In this document: in pieces, positions 1 to 10,551 of the stretch
How the letters are laid out: each line of letters opens with the position of its first letter
Position numbering within the stretch: the first letter of the stretch is position 1
DNA from: an uncultured Pelagibacteraceae bacterium
GTDB taxonomy: Bacteria; Pseudomonadota; Alphaproteobacteria; Pelagibacterales; Pelagibacteraceae
Direction of reading: 5' to 3'
NCBI GenBank assembly: GCA_902516465.1
Contig: CABXZD010000003.1
Location: 1,097 to 65,096, forward strand
Length of the DNA: 64,000 nt
Notes under the pieces: generated by a model
The model's input: only the letters and a program-made list of their open reading frames with translations
What the model was told of the DNA's origin: nothing
Database searches by the model: none
Position numbers and translations under genes: made by a program

Positions 1-946
1 ATGATTTTTCATCTAAATCTTCTAATGTAGCAATCATGGGTAATCTTCCAATAAATTCTGGTATTAATCCATATTTCAATAAATCCTCAGGTTCTAAACT
101 TTTCATCCATTCTCCAGTTTTTTTTTCTAGAGTGTTCTTTACGTCAGCACCAAACCCAATAGATGTTCCTTTATCTCTTTGAGATATTATTTTATCTAAC
201 CCTGCAAAAGCACCACCACAAATAAACAATATATTTGTTGTATCAACTTGTAAAAATTCTTGTTGTGGATGTTTTCTACCACCTTGCGGGGGTACGCTAG
301 CAATAGTACCTTCCATTATTTTTAATAAAGCTTGCTGAACTCCTTCACCTGATACATCTCTTGTGATAGATGGATTTTCAGACTTTCTACTTATTTTATC
401 TACCTCATCTATATAAACTATCCCTCTTTGAGCTTTTTCAACATTATAATCTGCGGCTTGTAACAATTTAAGAATAATATTTTCTACATCTTCTCCAACA
501 TATCCTGCTTCAGTAAGAGTTGTTGCATCAGCCATAGTAAATGGAACATCTAAAATTCTAGCAAGTGTCTGTGCTAGTAATGTTTTTCCACACCCAGTTG
601 GACCTACTAAAAGAATATTTGATTTCGCTAGTTCGACATTTTTACTAGTTTTATTCTCATAATTTAATCTTTTATAGTGATTATGAACCGCTACAGATAA
701 AACTTTTTTTGCATGAGTTTGGCCAATCACATAATCATCTAAAACTGTACAAATTTCTTTTGGCGAAGGAAGACCATCCTGATGTTTAACAAAAGTATCT
801 TTACTTTCTTCTTTAATAATATCCATACACAGTTCAACACATTCATCACAAATGAAAACTGTTGGACCAGCAATAAGCTTCCTTACTTCGTGTTGACTCT
901 TTCCACAAAAAGAGCAGTAAAGAATATTTTTATTATTTGTACTCAT
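1..946 (-). CDS. clpX: ATP-dependent Clp protease ATP-binding subunit ClpX (3' end runs off window)
   Basis: Manual translation from ATG at 946: [37 protein letters not shown] (Zn finger), Walker [26 protein letters not shown]; directly downstream of clpP. Confidence 0.97.
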   Translation of the reverse strand, partial: MSTNNKNILYCSFCGKSQHEVRKLIAGPTVFICDECVELCMDIIKEESKDTFVKHQDGLPSPKEICTVLDDYVIGQTHAKKVLSVAVHNHYKRLNYENKTSKNVELAKSNILLVGPTGCGKTLLAQTLARILDVPFTMADATTLTEAGYVGEDVENIILKLLQAADYNVEKAQRGIVYIDEVDKISRKSENPSITRDVSGEGVQQALLKIMEGTIASVPPQGGRKHPQQEFLQVDTTNILFICGGAFAGLDKIISQRDKGTSIGFGADVKNTLEKKTGEWMKSLEPEDLLKYGLIPEFIGRLPMIATLEDLDEKS

Positions 947-1035
947 AAATTTTAAAACGAATCGTTATTATTACTCTATTATAAATGACTTATACTAATC
1001 AAGTTTCGAATATCTCAGTATCAATATCTGGTATC

Positions 1036-1647
1036 TTATGATCTTTTTTCTACCACTTCATCTATTAAACCAAAAGACATTGCAGCATCAGCTGTCATAA
1101 AGTTATCTCTCTCTAATGCAGATTTAATCTCTTCTACTGATTTACCTGTGTGTTTTGAGTAAATCTCATTAAGTCTTTTTTTTAAAGATAAAACTTCATT
1201 AGCATGGATTTCTATATCTGTTGCTTGACCTTGAAAACCAGCAGAGGGTTGGTGAACCATTATTCTAGAGTTGGGTAAAGAATATCTTTTTCCTTTTGTT
1301 CCAGCGGTCAATAAAAAAGAACCCATTGAAGCTGCTTGACCAATGCACATAGTGGAAATTTCTGGTTTTATGTATTGCATAGTGTCATAAATCCCTAAAC
1401 CAGCAGTAACTAATCCTCCTGGACTATTGATATAAAAATAAATTTCTTTTTTTGGGTCCTCGGCCTCTAAAAACAATAATTGAGCAGTCACCAAAGACGC
1501 AATATTATCATTTATTTGGCCTGTTAAAAAAATAATTCTTTCTTTGAGTAGCCGTGAATAAATATCGTAAGCACGTTCGCCCTTACTTGATTGCTCAACA
1601 ACCATTGGCACAAGATTATTCATTTGTTCTGGTATTTTATTTGTCAT
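1036..1647 (-). CDS. clpP: ATP-dependent Clp protease proteolytic subunit
   Basis: [28 protein letters not shown] (catalytic Ser), IMVHQP. Confidence 0.98.
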   Translation of the reverse strand: MTNKIPEQMNNLVPMVVEQSSKGERAYDIYSRLLKERIIFLTGQINDNIASLVTAQLLFLEAEDPKKEIYFYINSPGGLVTAGLGIYDTMQYIKPEISTMCIGQAASMGSFLLTAGTKGKRYSLPNSRIMVHQPSAGFQGQATDIEIHANEVLSLKKRLNEIYSKHTGKSVEEIKSALERDNFMTADAAMSFGLIDEVVEKRS

Positions 1648-1679
1648 AAGTTGATTCGTTCTATTTATACAACTTGAGA

Positions 1680-3113
1680 TTACTTTTTGCTAACTTTTTT
1701 TGTTTTTTTAACGACTGATTTAGTTTTTGAGGTTTTTGTCTTTGTTTTGTTCTCTGAAGATTTTTTTGCTACAACTTTTTTTTCAGGTTTCCTTTGATCT
1801 TTAAGTTCTTGATCAAGCTGTTGTTTTTGAGATTCTTTTAAAATTTTTTCAGCTTCATCCTTGGAGATTTCTTTTTTATTTGGTTTAGCTTTTTCTTTAA
1901 TAAGATTAATAATTTTTTCCTCATAAACAGTTCCTCTTAAGCTTGAGACTGCAGATGGATTTTTTTGATAAAAATCCATTACCATTTTTTCTTGTCCAGG
2001 CATCATTCTTATTTGTTTTTGTACCTCTGATTGTAATTCTTGTTCAGTAACTTTAATTTGATTTTGTTCGCCAAATTCATTTAAAATTAGACCAACTTTA
2101 ATTCTTTTTTTAGCAACCTCTTCAAAATTATTTTTACTTTTTTTTGCATCTTCTTCTGACATCCCTTGTGAAAGTATTTTAACCTCTTCATCAACTAAAT
2201 TCTGGGGTATTTCTGAAACTTTAAAATTTTCGATCTCTTTTAATATTTGATTTTTAGACAAACGATCTAAAGAATTTTTGTATTCATCATTAATTTGTTT
2301 AGATATAAGTGATTTTAAGTCTTTTAAATCTTTTGCTCCTAAATTTTTTGCAAATTCATCGTCTATTTTTACTTCATCTGGATTCTTTATTGAATTAATT
2401 TTACAATTAAATTTAGCTTTTTTGTTTACCAAATTTTTTTCAGGAAAATTTTCTGGTAAAATTGCTTCTACTATTTTTTGATCACCTTTTTTAACACCTA
2501 CCAACTGTTTATCAAATCCTTTTAAGAATAAATCTTTTCCTAAGGTTAGTTGTGTATTTTTTCCCTCACCTCCTTTAAAGGGTTTATCGTCAACAGTCGC
2601 CGTATAATCAAAAACTACCAAATCTTTTTCTGCTGCTTTAGCTTCCTCAGTTGCATCTTTATAATTTGGTTGATTTTTAGCAATTTCATTTATTCTTTTA
2701 TCTGTCTCTTTTGAGTCTATTTTAACAGTATATTCATCAAATTTAATATTATCGATTGATTTAATCTCTACCTTTGGTAGCTCAGTTACAGAAATTGTGT
2801 ATTCTAATTCTTTATCTTCACCATAAGTTTTAAGATCTAACTTTGGTTGTCCTGCTGGTTTAATTTTATTTTCCTCTAAAGCTTTGGTAGATGTATCTTT
2901 TAATACTTTGTCTAATACTTCACTAAAAACAGCTTTACCAAACTGTCTTTTTAAAATCTCTCTTGGTACTTTTCCAGGTCGAAATCCTTTTAAATTTACA
3001 GTATTTTTAATTTCTTCATACTTCTGATCCATGTAAGTATTCATCGTCTGTTTATCAACAAACACTTTTAGGTCTTTAATTAATCCTTTTTTATTTTCTA
3101 TTGTAACTTTCAT
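1680..3113 (-). CDS. tig: Trigger factor
   Basis: GFRPGKVP ribosome-binding signature, FKBP-like middle domain, tig-clpP-clpX order. Confidence 0.97.
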   Translation of the reverse strand: MKVTIENKKGLIKDLKVFVDKQTMNTYMDQKYEEIKNTVNLKGFRPGKVPREILKRQFGKAVFSEVLDKVLKDTSTKALEENKIKPAGQPKLDLKTYGEDKELEYTISVTELPKVEIKSIDNIKFDEYTVKIDSKETDKRINEIAKNQPNYKDATEEAKAAEKDLVVFDYTATVDDKPFKGGEGKNTQLTLGKDLFLKGFDKQLVGVKKGDQKIVEAILPENFPEKNLVNKKAKFNCKINSIKNPDEVKIDDEFAKNLGAKDLKDLKSLISKQINDEYKNSLDRLSKNQILKEIENFKVSEIPQNLVDEEVKILSQGMSEEDAKKSKNNFEEVAKKRIKVGLILNEFGEQNQIKVTEQELQSEVQKQIRMMPGQEKMVMDFYQKNPSAVSSLRGTVYEEKIINLIKEKAKPNKKEISKDEAEKILKESQKQQLDQELKDQRKPEKKVVAKKSSENKTKTKTSKTKSVVKKTKKVSKK

Positions 3114-3122
3114 AAATTTTTA

Positions 3123-3207
3123 TGGTAGGGCGAAAAGGACTCGAACCTTCACAGATTGCTCTATCGGTTCCTAAGACCGACGCGTCTACCAATTCCGCCA
3201 TCGCCCC
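3123..3207 (-). tRNA. tRNA-Leu(UAG)
   Basis: Reverse complement GGGGCGATGGCGGAATTGGTAGACGCG-TCGGT CTTAGGA ACCGA...GGTTCGAGTCC...TCGCCCTACCA: acceptor stem, anticodon TAG, long variable arm, T-loop, encoded CCA. Confidence 0.96.
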
Positions 3208-3295
3208 ACAAATGTAGAGATTTTATATATGATTGAAACTATTTGTCCAACGACAATTGTTGCAAATTATATAATTTTTACTCTATAATATTGTT

Positions 3296-3547
3296 ATGAT
3301 TGTTTCTCCATGTATAAGTATTTGCAAAACTGATCCAAAAACTGGCTACTGCTATGGGTGTGGAAGAAATACTGAAGAAAAAAAAATCTGGAAACTTGAA
3401 GATACAACTGATGAGTGGAAAAAAGAAAATCTTGAAATTATTCAAAAAAGATTGACTGGCTGGCAATTAGAAAGTTTTAAAGATTCCTATACTTATAAAA
3501 TTGAAAATGGTATCTCTCTTTTTAAAAAAAAATTATTAGATGAGTAA
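3296..3547 (+). CDS. DUF1289-family Cys-motif (putative Fe-S) protein
   Basis: SPCISIC...YCYGCGRNTEEKKIW motif. Confidence 0.8.
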   Translation: MIVSPCISICKTDPKTGYCYGCGRNTEEKKIWKLEDTTDEWKKENLEIIQKRLTGWQLESFKDSYTYKIENGISLFKKKLLDE

Positions 3548-3713
3548 AACTACAATTGTAATTATTGTATATATTCTGGGTCTTATTTTTGGGGCTCTTT
3601 TTCTTGATTTATGGAGTGCTGATACCAGTATTATCAAAGGACTGTTAGGACTTGGTTGGACAGCTCTACTTTTAATTGGTTTATTTTTTGCCGAAAAAAA
3701 TGAGAGTAATTAG
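3540..3713 (+). CDS. Small two-helix membrane protein, 57 aa (not in ORF track)
   Basis: MSKTTIVIIVYILGLIFGALFLDLWSADTSIIKGLLGLGWTALLLIGLFFAEKNESN; overlaps both neighbours as in an operon. Confidence 0.7.
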   Translation: MSKTTIVIIVYILGLIFGALFLDLWSADTSIIKGLLGLGWTALLLIGLFFAEKNESN

Positions 3714-4122
3714 ATTTTTAATCTCTCTTTTATTTATAATTCTACCCTTACAACATCTTAAATCAGAAATAATCATTATGAGTAAATGTGATGATAAACA
3801 AGATGAATTCTTAAAGAATGAATACATTTTAAATCTTGACGAATTAATCATGACTCGAAATTATGTATATAAGGAAAAGACATATCAAAAGTATCGGTTA
3901 ACTGACCTCAGTATAAAAAAGTCAAACACTTATATCAGAAACATTTATGAGGAAAATGGAAAAATATTAACTCATAAACATGGTTATCCTCAATTTTACA
4001 CTCAAATTTTATTTGAAATAGGAAAACCTGAAATTTTTATGAAAACAGTTCTAAATGACGAAGAGGGAATATCGAAAATTTCAAACTGCAAGAAAATTGA
4101 AAAATTTAAAAAAGAAAGTTAG
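3700..4122 (+). CDS. Hypothetical exported protein
   Basis: Likely start ATG 3700 (MRVIRFLISLLFIILPL, signal-peptide-like); two Cys at the ends of the mature part. Confidence 0.65.
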   Translation: MRVIRFLISLLFIILPLQHLKSEIIIMSKCDDKQDEFLKNEYILNLDELIMTRNYVYKEKTYQKYRLTDLSIKKSNTYIRNIYEENGKILTHKHGYPQFYTQILFEIGKPEIFMKTVLNDEEGISKISNCKKIEKFKKES

Positions 4123-4244
4123 TCTTTTTTCTTTTTATTAAAAAATTTTTTTTTATTCTTAGAAAATCTACTATTTGTAATGTTACTTCTGTGTTTAACG
4201 TAAGCTTGTTTTTGTGCTTGTTTCATTGCTCTTTTTGAAGACAT
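4119..4244 (-). CDS. Small highly basic protein, 41 aa (not in ORF track)
   Basis: MSSKRAMKQAQKQAYVKHRSNITNSRFSKNKKKFFNKKKKD; starts 6 nt after the upstream co-oriented stop and fills the gap. Confidence 0.5.
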   Translation of the reverse strand: MSSKRAMKQAQKQAYVKHRSNITNSRFSKNKKKFFNKKKKD

Positions 4245-4250
4245 AATATT

Positions 4251-4808
4251 CTAAAAATCAATTTCTATACTTCCTATTATATTTAAATTTTTATCTGAAA
4301 CAACTATTTCACCCGATGAAGGGTTATAGTTTAAAACTTCAGATATAAATACATAGTGAGTTACTAAGATCAAATTTTTCTTACTTTTAAAATTTTTAAT
4401 ATAGTTATTAAAAGCTTTAACCTGCTTATCTTTATTTTTAGAAAATTTCACACTATAAAAAGAGTTTAAAAAACTATTTGTAGAATAATTTTTAAATGCA
4501 ATTTTTGCTGTTTCTTTGCATCTGCACCATTCACTAGAAAGCACTTTCTCTATTTCAATCTTATTTCTTTTAAAAAATTCACCAATACGTTGCGCTTGTT
4601 TTCTTCCATCCTCACTCAAATTTCTTTGAGTAAAACAATCGTTTAAATTGAAATCAGCAGGATCACCATTTCCAGGCGCGTATGCATGTCTAATAAATAT
4701 TAATTTTTCTCCTTCCTCTAATTGATTTATTAAATTTTTGTATAAATCTGCTTTAATAGGTGTGGTTAAAGATATAAAAATTATAATAAAGAATTTTAAT
4801 AATTTCAT
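4251..4808 (-). CDS. Exported histidine phosphatase (phosphoglycerate-mutase) family protein
   Basis: IFIRHA, QRNLSEDGRKQA, SSEWCRCKETA, LVTH motifs; N-terminal signal peptide. Confidence 0.85.
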   Translation of the reverse strand: MKLLKFFIIIFISLTTPIKADLYKNLINQLEEGEKLIFIRHAYAPGNGDPADFNLNDCFTQRNLSEDGRKQAQRIGEFFKRNKIEIEKVLSSEWCRCKETAKIAFKNYSTNSFLNSFYSVKFSKNKDKQVKAFNNYIKNFKSKKNLILVTHYVFISEVLNYNPSSGEIVVSDKNLNIIGSIEIDF

Positions 4809-4811
4809 AAT

Positions 4812-5492
4812 ATGGATATTAGATTAAACGAATTAAACAAAACAATAATAAATTGTAAAAAATGTCCAAGGTTAGTTAAATTTGTAAAAAAAATAAGTAC
4901 AAATAAAAGAAAACAAAATTTTAATGAAATATATTGGGGTAAACCTGTTCCAGGCTTTGGGGATTTAAATTCAAAAATTGCAATAATTGGTCTAGCTCCA
5001 GCAGCACATGGTGGAACTAGAACAGGAAGAGCATTTACAGGAGACAAATCTGGTGATTTTCTATTTAGATGTTTGCATGAGGTGGGGATTTCAAATTCAC
5101 CATTTTCAAAAAATTTAAATGATAATTTAGAATTAAAATCTACTTACATCACAAATATTCTTAAATGTGTTCCACCTGAGGATAAACCATTAAGTATTGA
5201 AATTTCTAATTGTTCCAACTTTTTTGATAAGGAAATATTAAGTTTAAAAAAACTTAAGGTAATTGTAACACTTGGCAAAGTTGCTTTTGATAATTGTATT
5301 AAACTGTATAAACAAAAATTTAAGATTAAAAAAAAATTTATTTTCAAACATGGTAAAACACAAATATTACCAAACGGATTGATAATTCTATCAAGTTACC
5401 ATCCAAGTCCAAGAAATGTTAATACAAAGTTAATTTCGAATAAGATGATGGTAAATTTATTTAAAAGGGCTAAAAAATTAGCTAAGTTTTAA
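4812..5492 (+). CDS. Uracil-DNA glycosylase, family 5 (UdgB-like, Fe-S)
   Basis: CKKCPRL, GLAPAAHGGTRTGRAFTGDKSG, YHPSPRN. Confidence 0.88.
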   Translation: MDIRLNELNKTIINCKKCPRLVKFVKKISTNKRKQNFNEIYWGKPVPGFGDLNSKIAIIGLAPAAHGGTRTGRAFTGDKSGDFLFRCLHEVGISNSPFSKNLNDNLELKSTYITNILKCVPPEDKPLSIEISNCSNFFDKEILSLKKLKVIVTLGKVAFDNCIKLYKQKFKIKKKFIFKHGKTQILPNGLIILSSYHPSPRNVNTKLISNKMMVNLFKRAKKLAKF

Positions 5493-5904
5493 TAGTATCA
5501 CAAAAATAAGGTTTAAATTTTGAGTAAATTTCATCTGGTATTTTTACTGGCTTGCCTAAATCATTAACAAAAACTAAATGAACTTGTGCTTCAACTATAG
5601 TGTCCTCACCTTTAGTTATTATTTGATTCATAAAAAAAGATGTTTTGGTGATAGATTTAACAAAAGATCTTATGGTTAGTTCATCTTCAAGACTGGCAGA
5701 TTTTTTATATTCAATATTGCAAGCTTTTACTATAATTAATGAACCAAAATTTTTTTTCACTTTTTGGTTACTGTACCCGATTGAATGGAGAGCTTCCGTT
5801 CTAGCTCTCTCTAAAAACTTTAAATAATTAGCATAATAAACAACACCTCCAGCATCAGTATCCTCATAATAAACTTTTAAAGTGTGAAAAAAATTTTCAT
5901 GCAT
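5482..5904 (-). CDS. ybgC: YbgC/FadM-family acyl-CoA thioesterase
   Basis: VYYEDTDAGGVVYYANYLKFLERARTE hot-dog thioesterase signature. Confidence 0.85.
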   Translation of the reverse strand: MHENFFHTLKVYYEDTDAGGVVYYANYLKFLERARTEALHSIGYSNQKVKKNFGSLIIVKACNIEYKKSASLEDELTIRSFVKSITKTSFFMNQIITKGEDTIVEAQVHLVFVNDLGKPVKIPDEIYSKFKPYFCDTIKT

Positions 5905-5961
5905 AATATAATTATACCAAAAAAGTAAACTATTTAATAGAAACTAAGGTATAAGTATTTA

Positions 5962-6102
5962 ATGAATATATTTGTAATTTGGTTAGTAATGGTTACTGCC
6001 TGGAACTTTGGATATCCACAAGCTAGTCCTCTAGAAGATGTTGTCGTAGCTGTTATTCTGTCTCTATTTAATATTTATTTAAAAAAATATCTCAAATTCT
6101 AA
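5962..6102 (+). CDS. Small membrane protein, 46 aa (not in ORF track)
   Basis: MNIFVIWLVMVTAWNFGYPQASPLEDVVVAVILSLFNIYLKKYLKF; helix-loop-helix pattern; stop abuts the convergent gene. Confidence 0.6.
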   Translation: MNIFVIWLVMVTAWNFGYPQASPLEDVVVAVILSLFNIYLKKYLKF

Positions 6103-6753
6103 TTATTGAGATGAAAAATAAATATTTTGAAAATAAGCTATTGAATTCATCTTTGAATTATCAGTATCAGACATAATAGCAAGTCCATCAAGCTCGTTGA
6201 CATCCAGATTGTGTAACTTTTTAAAGTCCTCTTTGACGTTGGCTTTGACCGTTACCCACTCATTTAAATTACTCTTGGTGCTTGCTAGAACGTTATCAAT
6301 AGATTTTTTTGTATAAGGGCTAGGGAAATTGGCCCCAACCTCATTATTACTTGAGAAAACATAATTAATGGCTCTATTTGATAATGGAGTGGCTCCAGTT
6401 TTTTTTATTACAAAAACTCTTGCAGCAAAATCATGCCCTTTTTTTGTATTTTCTTTAATTCCCGGCAGATCTTTCTCAATTTTCCATGTTATATTTATAA
6501 ATGGGGTCTTATTTAAGTCTATCTTAATCTCTTTTCCAAGGCCAGAGGCAGCATTATTAGCAACTGATTTTAAATAATTTCCTTTATCATTTGTTCCAAC
6601 GGTATAAATTGTTTTATTATCGGCTCCCCTTACTTTTCTAACTTGAAGCTCTGTAAGCTCTGTTTCAGTAAATTCAAAGACTTGTAACTCATTTGCAGAA
6701 GATAAGTTAATAGATAAAATCGCTATAATTAAAATATTAAATAAAATTTTCAT
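6103..6753 (-). CDS. DUF3047-family exported protein
   Basis: Probable ATG at 6753 with signal peptide; AASGL, WKIEK, DFAARVFV, AINYVFSS, AIMSDTDN motifs. Confidence 0.75.
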   Translation of the reverse strand: MKILFNILIIAILSINLSSANELQVFEFTETELTELQVRKVRGADNKTIYTVGTNDKGNYLKSVANNAASGLGKEIKIDLNKTPFINITWKIEKDLPGIKENTKKGHDFAARVFVIKKTGATPLSNRAINYVFSSNNEVGANFPSPYTKKSIDNVLASTKSNLNEWVTVKANVKEDFKKLHNLDVNELDGLAIMSDTDNSKMNSIAYFQNIYFSSQ

Positions 6754-6834
6754 AAAAAATAAAAAAAACTTTAATACATTATTTAGACAAAATTTAAACA
6801 TTCAAAATTCAATTTTCAGTTCTATATAAGTTAT

Positions 6835-6972
6835 ATGAAGACAATATCCGCATTTATACTACTAATTTACTGGTCTATAATGATTTTTGCACCAGTTATG
6901 TCCAAAGATTTCAAGTTTAGTAGAGCTAAAATTAATAATATTAAAATAGTTGAGCAAAAACCTCGAAGTTAA
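6835..6972 (+). CDS. Small single-helix protein, 45 aa (not in ORF track)
   Basis: MKTISAFILLIYWSIMIFAPVMSKDFKFSRAKINNIKIVEQKPRS; stop overlaps the convergent SDR stop. Confidence 0.45.
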   Translation: MKTISAFILLIYWSIMIFAPVMSKDFKFSRAKINNIKIVEQKPRS

Positions 6973-7721
6973 TAAGTTGAACGACCACCACTAATATCAA
7001 AGACTGCAGCTGTTGAAAAAGTGTTTTCCTCTGATGAGAGCCAACAAACCAATGAGGTAAATTCCTCAACCTCTAAAAACCTACCTCTTGGTACTTTCGA
7101 AAGCATTCTCTGGACATGTTCTTTTGTCATTTGATCTAAAATTCTTGTTTTAGCACCAGCAGGTGTCACTGCATTAACTGCTATATTCTTATCAGCTAAC
7201 TCCTTGCCAAGAGATTTGGTCAGTCCAATAATTCCAGCTTTACCTACGCTATAGGCACTCGCATTAGCATTCCCATCTTTTCCAGCGACAGAAGCAACGT
7301 TTACTATTCTCCCATAGTTATTTTTAATCATAGTTGGGACTATTGATCTGCAACAATTAAAAGTACCCATTAAATTTATATCCACAACCTTTTTCCACAT
7401 ATCTAAATCATATTCCCATAAAGGAGCTGTAGGACCAGTTATACCTGCATTATTAATTAAAATATCAATATTCAAATTTTTTGTTATTTCATTTGTGCAA
7501 TTTTCAACTTCTTTATAATTTGTTACGTCTACGATACTTGAGCTTAAATTTGAATTATTTAAATCTTTGACCGTTTTTTCTAATATTTTAGAGTCTATAT
7601 CCCAAATGATTACTTTAGCACCAGAATTTAAAAACCTTTTTGCAATATCTAGTCCAAATCCTTGGGCACCTCCAGTTACTAAGGCAGTTTTATTTTTAAA
7701 ATTATAGATTATTTTATCCAT
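6969..7721 (-). CDS. SDR-family oxidoreductase
   Basis: TGGAQGFG, NNAG, YSVGK catalytic YxxxK. Confidence 0.92.
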   Translation of the reverse strand: MDKIIYNFKNKTALVTGGAQGFGLDIAKRFLNSGAKVIIWDIDSKILEKTVKDLNNSNLSSSIVDVTNYKEVENCTNEITKNLNIDILINNAGITGPTAPLWEYDLDMWKKVVDINLMGTFNCCRSIVPTMIKNNYGRIVNVASVAGKDGNANASAYSVGKAGIIGLTKSLGKELADKNIAVNAVTPAGAKTRILDQMTKEHVQRMLSKVPRGRFLEVEEFTSLVCWLSSEENTFSTAAVFDISGGRSTY

Positions 7722-7733
7722 TTAATTCGACAT

Positions 7734-9191
7734 TCATTCTTTTGTTAATAAATAATAAATGAACCCAGCTACAAAAGCACCAATCATCCAAGAATAGGAA
7801 TGAAGAAACATTAAGTTAGTATTCCAAATTGTAGATGCTGAAAAAATAAAACCCAGAATTAATGAATAAACTCCTTTAATATGCCATCCGCCAGAATAAT
7901 AATATTTGCCATCACCTTCTATAGAGTAAATATCTTTATTAATTAGATCACCTTTTTTAATAAAATAATAGTCAGAAATCATAACTCCAAACAATGGACC
8001 AAAAAATGCTCCAAAAGTATCTATAAATGATAAAATTCCAATTTGACTTAACAAAGTTAACCAAAAAATTCCTACAAAAAAACCTAAAAATGCAACAACA
8101 AAACTAGCTTTTTTTAAAGTTAGATAAGAAGAAACAAAATTTATTAAAGTATATTGTGAAGGTATAAAATTTGCTATTAAGTTTGTAGATGCTGATGCAA
8201 TAATAATTAAAATTAAAACTAAATTAATAATTAATAAATTATCTACTTTGCCAATTATATCTGCAGGGTTTGTTAGTATTCTAGATAAATTGTCCAAATC
8301 TTTATTTGAAAAAGCATCAAAACCTGTAACTATAAAAAGAGCTAATAAAGAAAAAATCACCGTACTTATTATTAAGCTTAAATTTCCCTTTTTTAATTCA
8401 TTTTCACTTTTTACATATCGAGAAAAATCACCAAAACTTAAAATAACTATAGAAAAATATGCAAAAATCGTTCCAATGACTGTAATGAGAGGTACAAGAT
8501 TATCTTCTTTCACAAAATTTGTTAAGTCTAAAGAATTAACAAAAGCAGTAGAAGTGAACTTTACATCATTTAAAAGAATTGAAAAAAAAAATAATAATAT
8601 TCCCGAGTAGACTGTAGCAGCAGAGAAAACTATTATTTTTCTATTAAAATTCATACCCATACTAAACAAAAAAACTTGTATAAAAATGGCTATAACAATT
8701 GCAGACCAATCAATAATATTCATACCTAAAAAAAATATCAAGAATATCTCTTGATCTAACAATGATTTATCAAGATAGAATATTGATAGTCTGATTAAAT
8801 ACCCAAAGGCTTTTGATAAGAAATACGTTTGAATTCCAAACAAAAAAGTTCCTACTAAACATCTTATTAATCCAAAATATTTAGCTCCTTTAAATCCTAA
8901 CGATGATCTTAATAAAACTACAAAGGGTAAACCAAATTTTTGAGATGGTCTTCCAATCAAATTTGAAAAAAAATAAACTAAAACCGAGCCAATTATTGTA
9001 CCAGTAAAAACTACAAACGAATTGAGGTCATATAATAAGTAAAGAGAGGTAATAAGGGAAAATCCAATTACACTTTGAATACTAACGCTCCAAAAACAAA
9101 ACAAATCTTTCCAATCCCATGTTTTATTGCTTGGGTTTACAGTGACTAAATCCCAATTTAAAAGGCTTTTTTTTGATTTTTGTTGACTCAC
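7734..9191 (-). CDS. NCS1-family (cytosine/uracil/thiamine/allantoin) permease
   Basis: About 12 TM segments; GLPFVVLLRSSLGFKG, GDFSRY, TNLIAN, GPLFGVMISDYY. Confidence 0.85.
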   Translation of the reverse strand: MSQQKSKKSLLNWDLVTVNPSNKTWDWKDLFCFWSVSIQSVIGFSLITSLYLLYDLNSFVVFTGTIIGSVLVYFFSNLIGRPSQKFGLPFVVLLRSSLGFKGAKYFGLIRCLVGTFLFGIQTYFLSKAFGYLIRLSIFYLDKSLLDQEIFLIFFLGMNIIDWSAIVIAIFIQVFLFSMGMNFNRKIIVFSAATVYSGILLFFFSILLNDVKFTSTAFVNSLDLTNFVKEDNLVPLITVIGTIFAYFSIVILSFGDFSRYVKSENELKKGNLSLIISTVIFSLLALFIVTGFDAFSNKDLDNLSRILTNPADIIGKVDNLLIINLVLILIIIASASTNLIANFIPSQYTLINFVSSYLTLKKASFVVAFLGFFVGIFWLTLLSQIGILSFIDTFGAFFGPLFGVMISDYYFIKKGDLINKDIYSIEGDGKYYYSGGWHIKGVYSLILGFIFSASTIWNTNLMFLHSYSWMIGAFVAGFIYYLLTKE

Positions 9192-9216
9192 CTAATCAAT
9201 ATAAAACTTAAATTTT

Positions 9217-10551
9217 CTACTGTCCATACAAGAGAGTAGGTAGCCAAAGAGCAATTTGAGGGAATACAATAATTAAAATTAACCCAAATACCTGTAGTAC
9301 CATAAATTGCATCATTCCATAATATATATCTTTAAGATCCCACTCAGGCACAACACCTTTTAAGAAGTATGCTGAAAGTGCAACTGGAGGGGAAAGCCAG
9401 GCCGTTTGCAAGTTAACGGCAACAAGTATTGCAAACCAAGTTAAATTAAATCCAAGAGCCTCCACTAACGGTAAAATTATCGGAATTATAATCATCACTA
9501 TTGGCACCCATTCCAATGGCCAACCTAATAAAAAAATCATTACCATTATCATTCCAAGAATTAAATATTTATTCATTTCTAAACCCAATAAAAATTCAGT
9601 GAGTAATGTTGGTGTACCTAATCTGGCAAATACAGCTCCAAAGAAATTAGAAGCCGCTACCAAAACCATTATCAAAGCTGTTATTTCCAATGTCTTCACT
9701 AAAGCCCCTTGTAATTTAGGTAATGTTAATTTTTTGTAAGCTAATGAAAGTAGTAAAGCTCCCATTGCACCACATCCTGCTGCTTCTGTTGGTGTTGCGA
9801 AACCAAATAAGATACTTCCTAGAGCAGCAAAAACTAAAAATGCAGGTGGAACTAAACCTAAAAAAAATTCAACCCAAACTTCTTTCACACTTGCCGCTTT
9901 CATATCATCTGGTATGACAGGACCTAATTTAGGATTTATCATACATCTAATTGTAGTATAGCCAGCATATAAACCTGCAAGAAGAATGCCTGGAATTATA
10001 GCTGCTGCAAATAAATCAATTACTGGAATTTCCATGATTGGCCCCATAACAACAAGCATAATGCTTGGAGGTATTAATATCCCCAATGTTCCACCAGCAG
10101 TTATAGTTCCTGCTGCTAACCTCACATCATATCCTGATCTATTCATTGACTTGGCAGCCATAATTCCTAAAATTGTTACTGAGGCACCAACAATACCTGT
10201 TGCTGCAGCAAAAATTACAGAAACAAATAATACTGCGTAATATAAAGATCCTTTTACTTTTGCTAACATCATTTGGAACGAAGAAAATAATCTTTCCATC
10301 AACCCTGCTTGCTCCATCATTATCCCCATAAAAACAAAGAGTGGAACGGCGGCGAGTGTTTGCTCGGTCATGACCATCGAAAATTGGAGGGTCATTAAAT
10401 AAAATACAAGCTTTCCAAAACCTAAGTAACCAAAAACAAAACCTAAAAAAATTAATGTAAAAGAAATCGGAAAACCTACGAAGATAGCAAAAAGCATTAC
10501 ACCAACAAGAATGAAACCTAAAATAGCTGGATCTATTAGTTCTGCGATCAT
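9217..10551 (-). CDS. dctM: TRAP transporter large permease DctM
   Basis: LAAVPLFVFMG, GTLGILIPPS, ATPTEAA, SPPV; ATG at 10551 overlaps the dctQ stop (ATGA). Confidence 0.93.
   Translation of the reverse strand: MIAELIDPAILGFILVGVMLFAIFVGFPISFTLIFLGFVFGYLGFGKLVFYLMTLQFSMVMTEQTLAAVPLFVFMGIMMEQAGLMERLFSSFQMMLAKVKGSLYYAVLFVSVIFAAATGIVGASVTILGIMAAKSMNRSGYDVRLAAGTITAGGTLGILIPPSIMLVVMGPIMEIPVIDLFAAAIIPGILLAGLYAGYTTIRCMINPKLGPVIPDDMKAASVKEVWVEFFLGLVPPAFLVFAALGSILFGFATPTEAAGCGAMGALLLSLAYKKLTLPKLQGALVKTLEITALIMVLVAASNFFGAVFARLGTPTLLTEFLLGLEMNKYLILGMIMVMIFLLGWPLEWVPIVMIIIPIILPLVEALGFNLTWFAILVAVNLQTAWLSPPVALSAYFLKGVVPEWDLKDIYYGMMQFMVLQVFGLILIIVFPQIALWLPTLLYGQ

Noticed and set aside
1010-1035. Short direct repeat ATATCT(CA/G)GTATC between clpP and clpX
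   Set aside because: Two imperfect copies of ~12 nt in AT-rich DNA; compatible with chance
3123-3300. tRNA-Leu as an integration site
   Set aside because: Its 3' end abuts tig; no integrase or duplicated tRNA 3' end seen in the window
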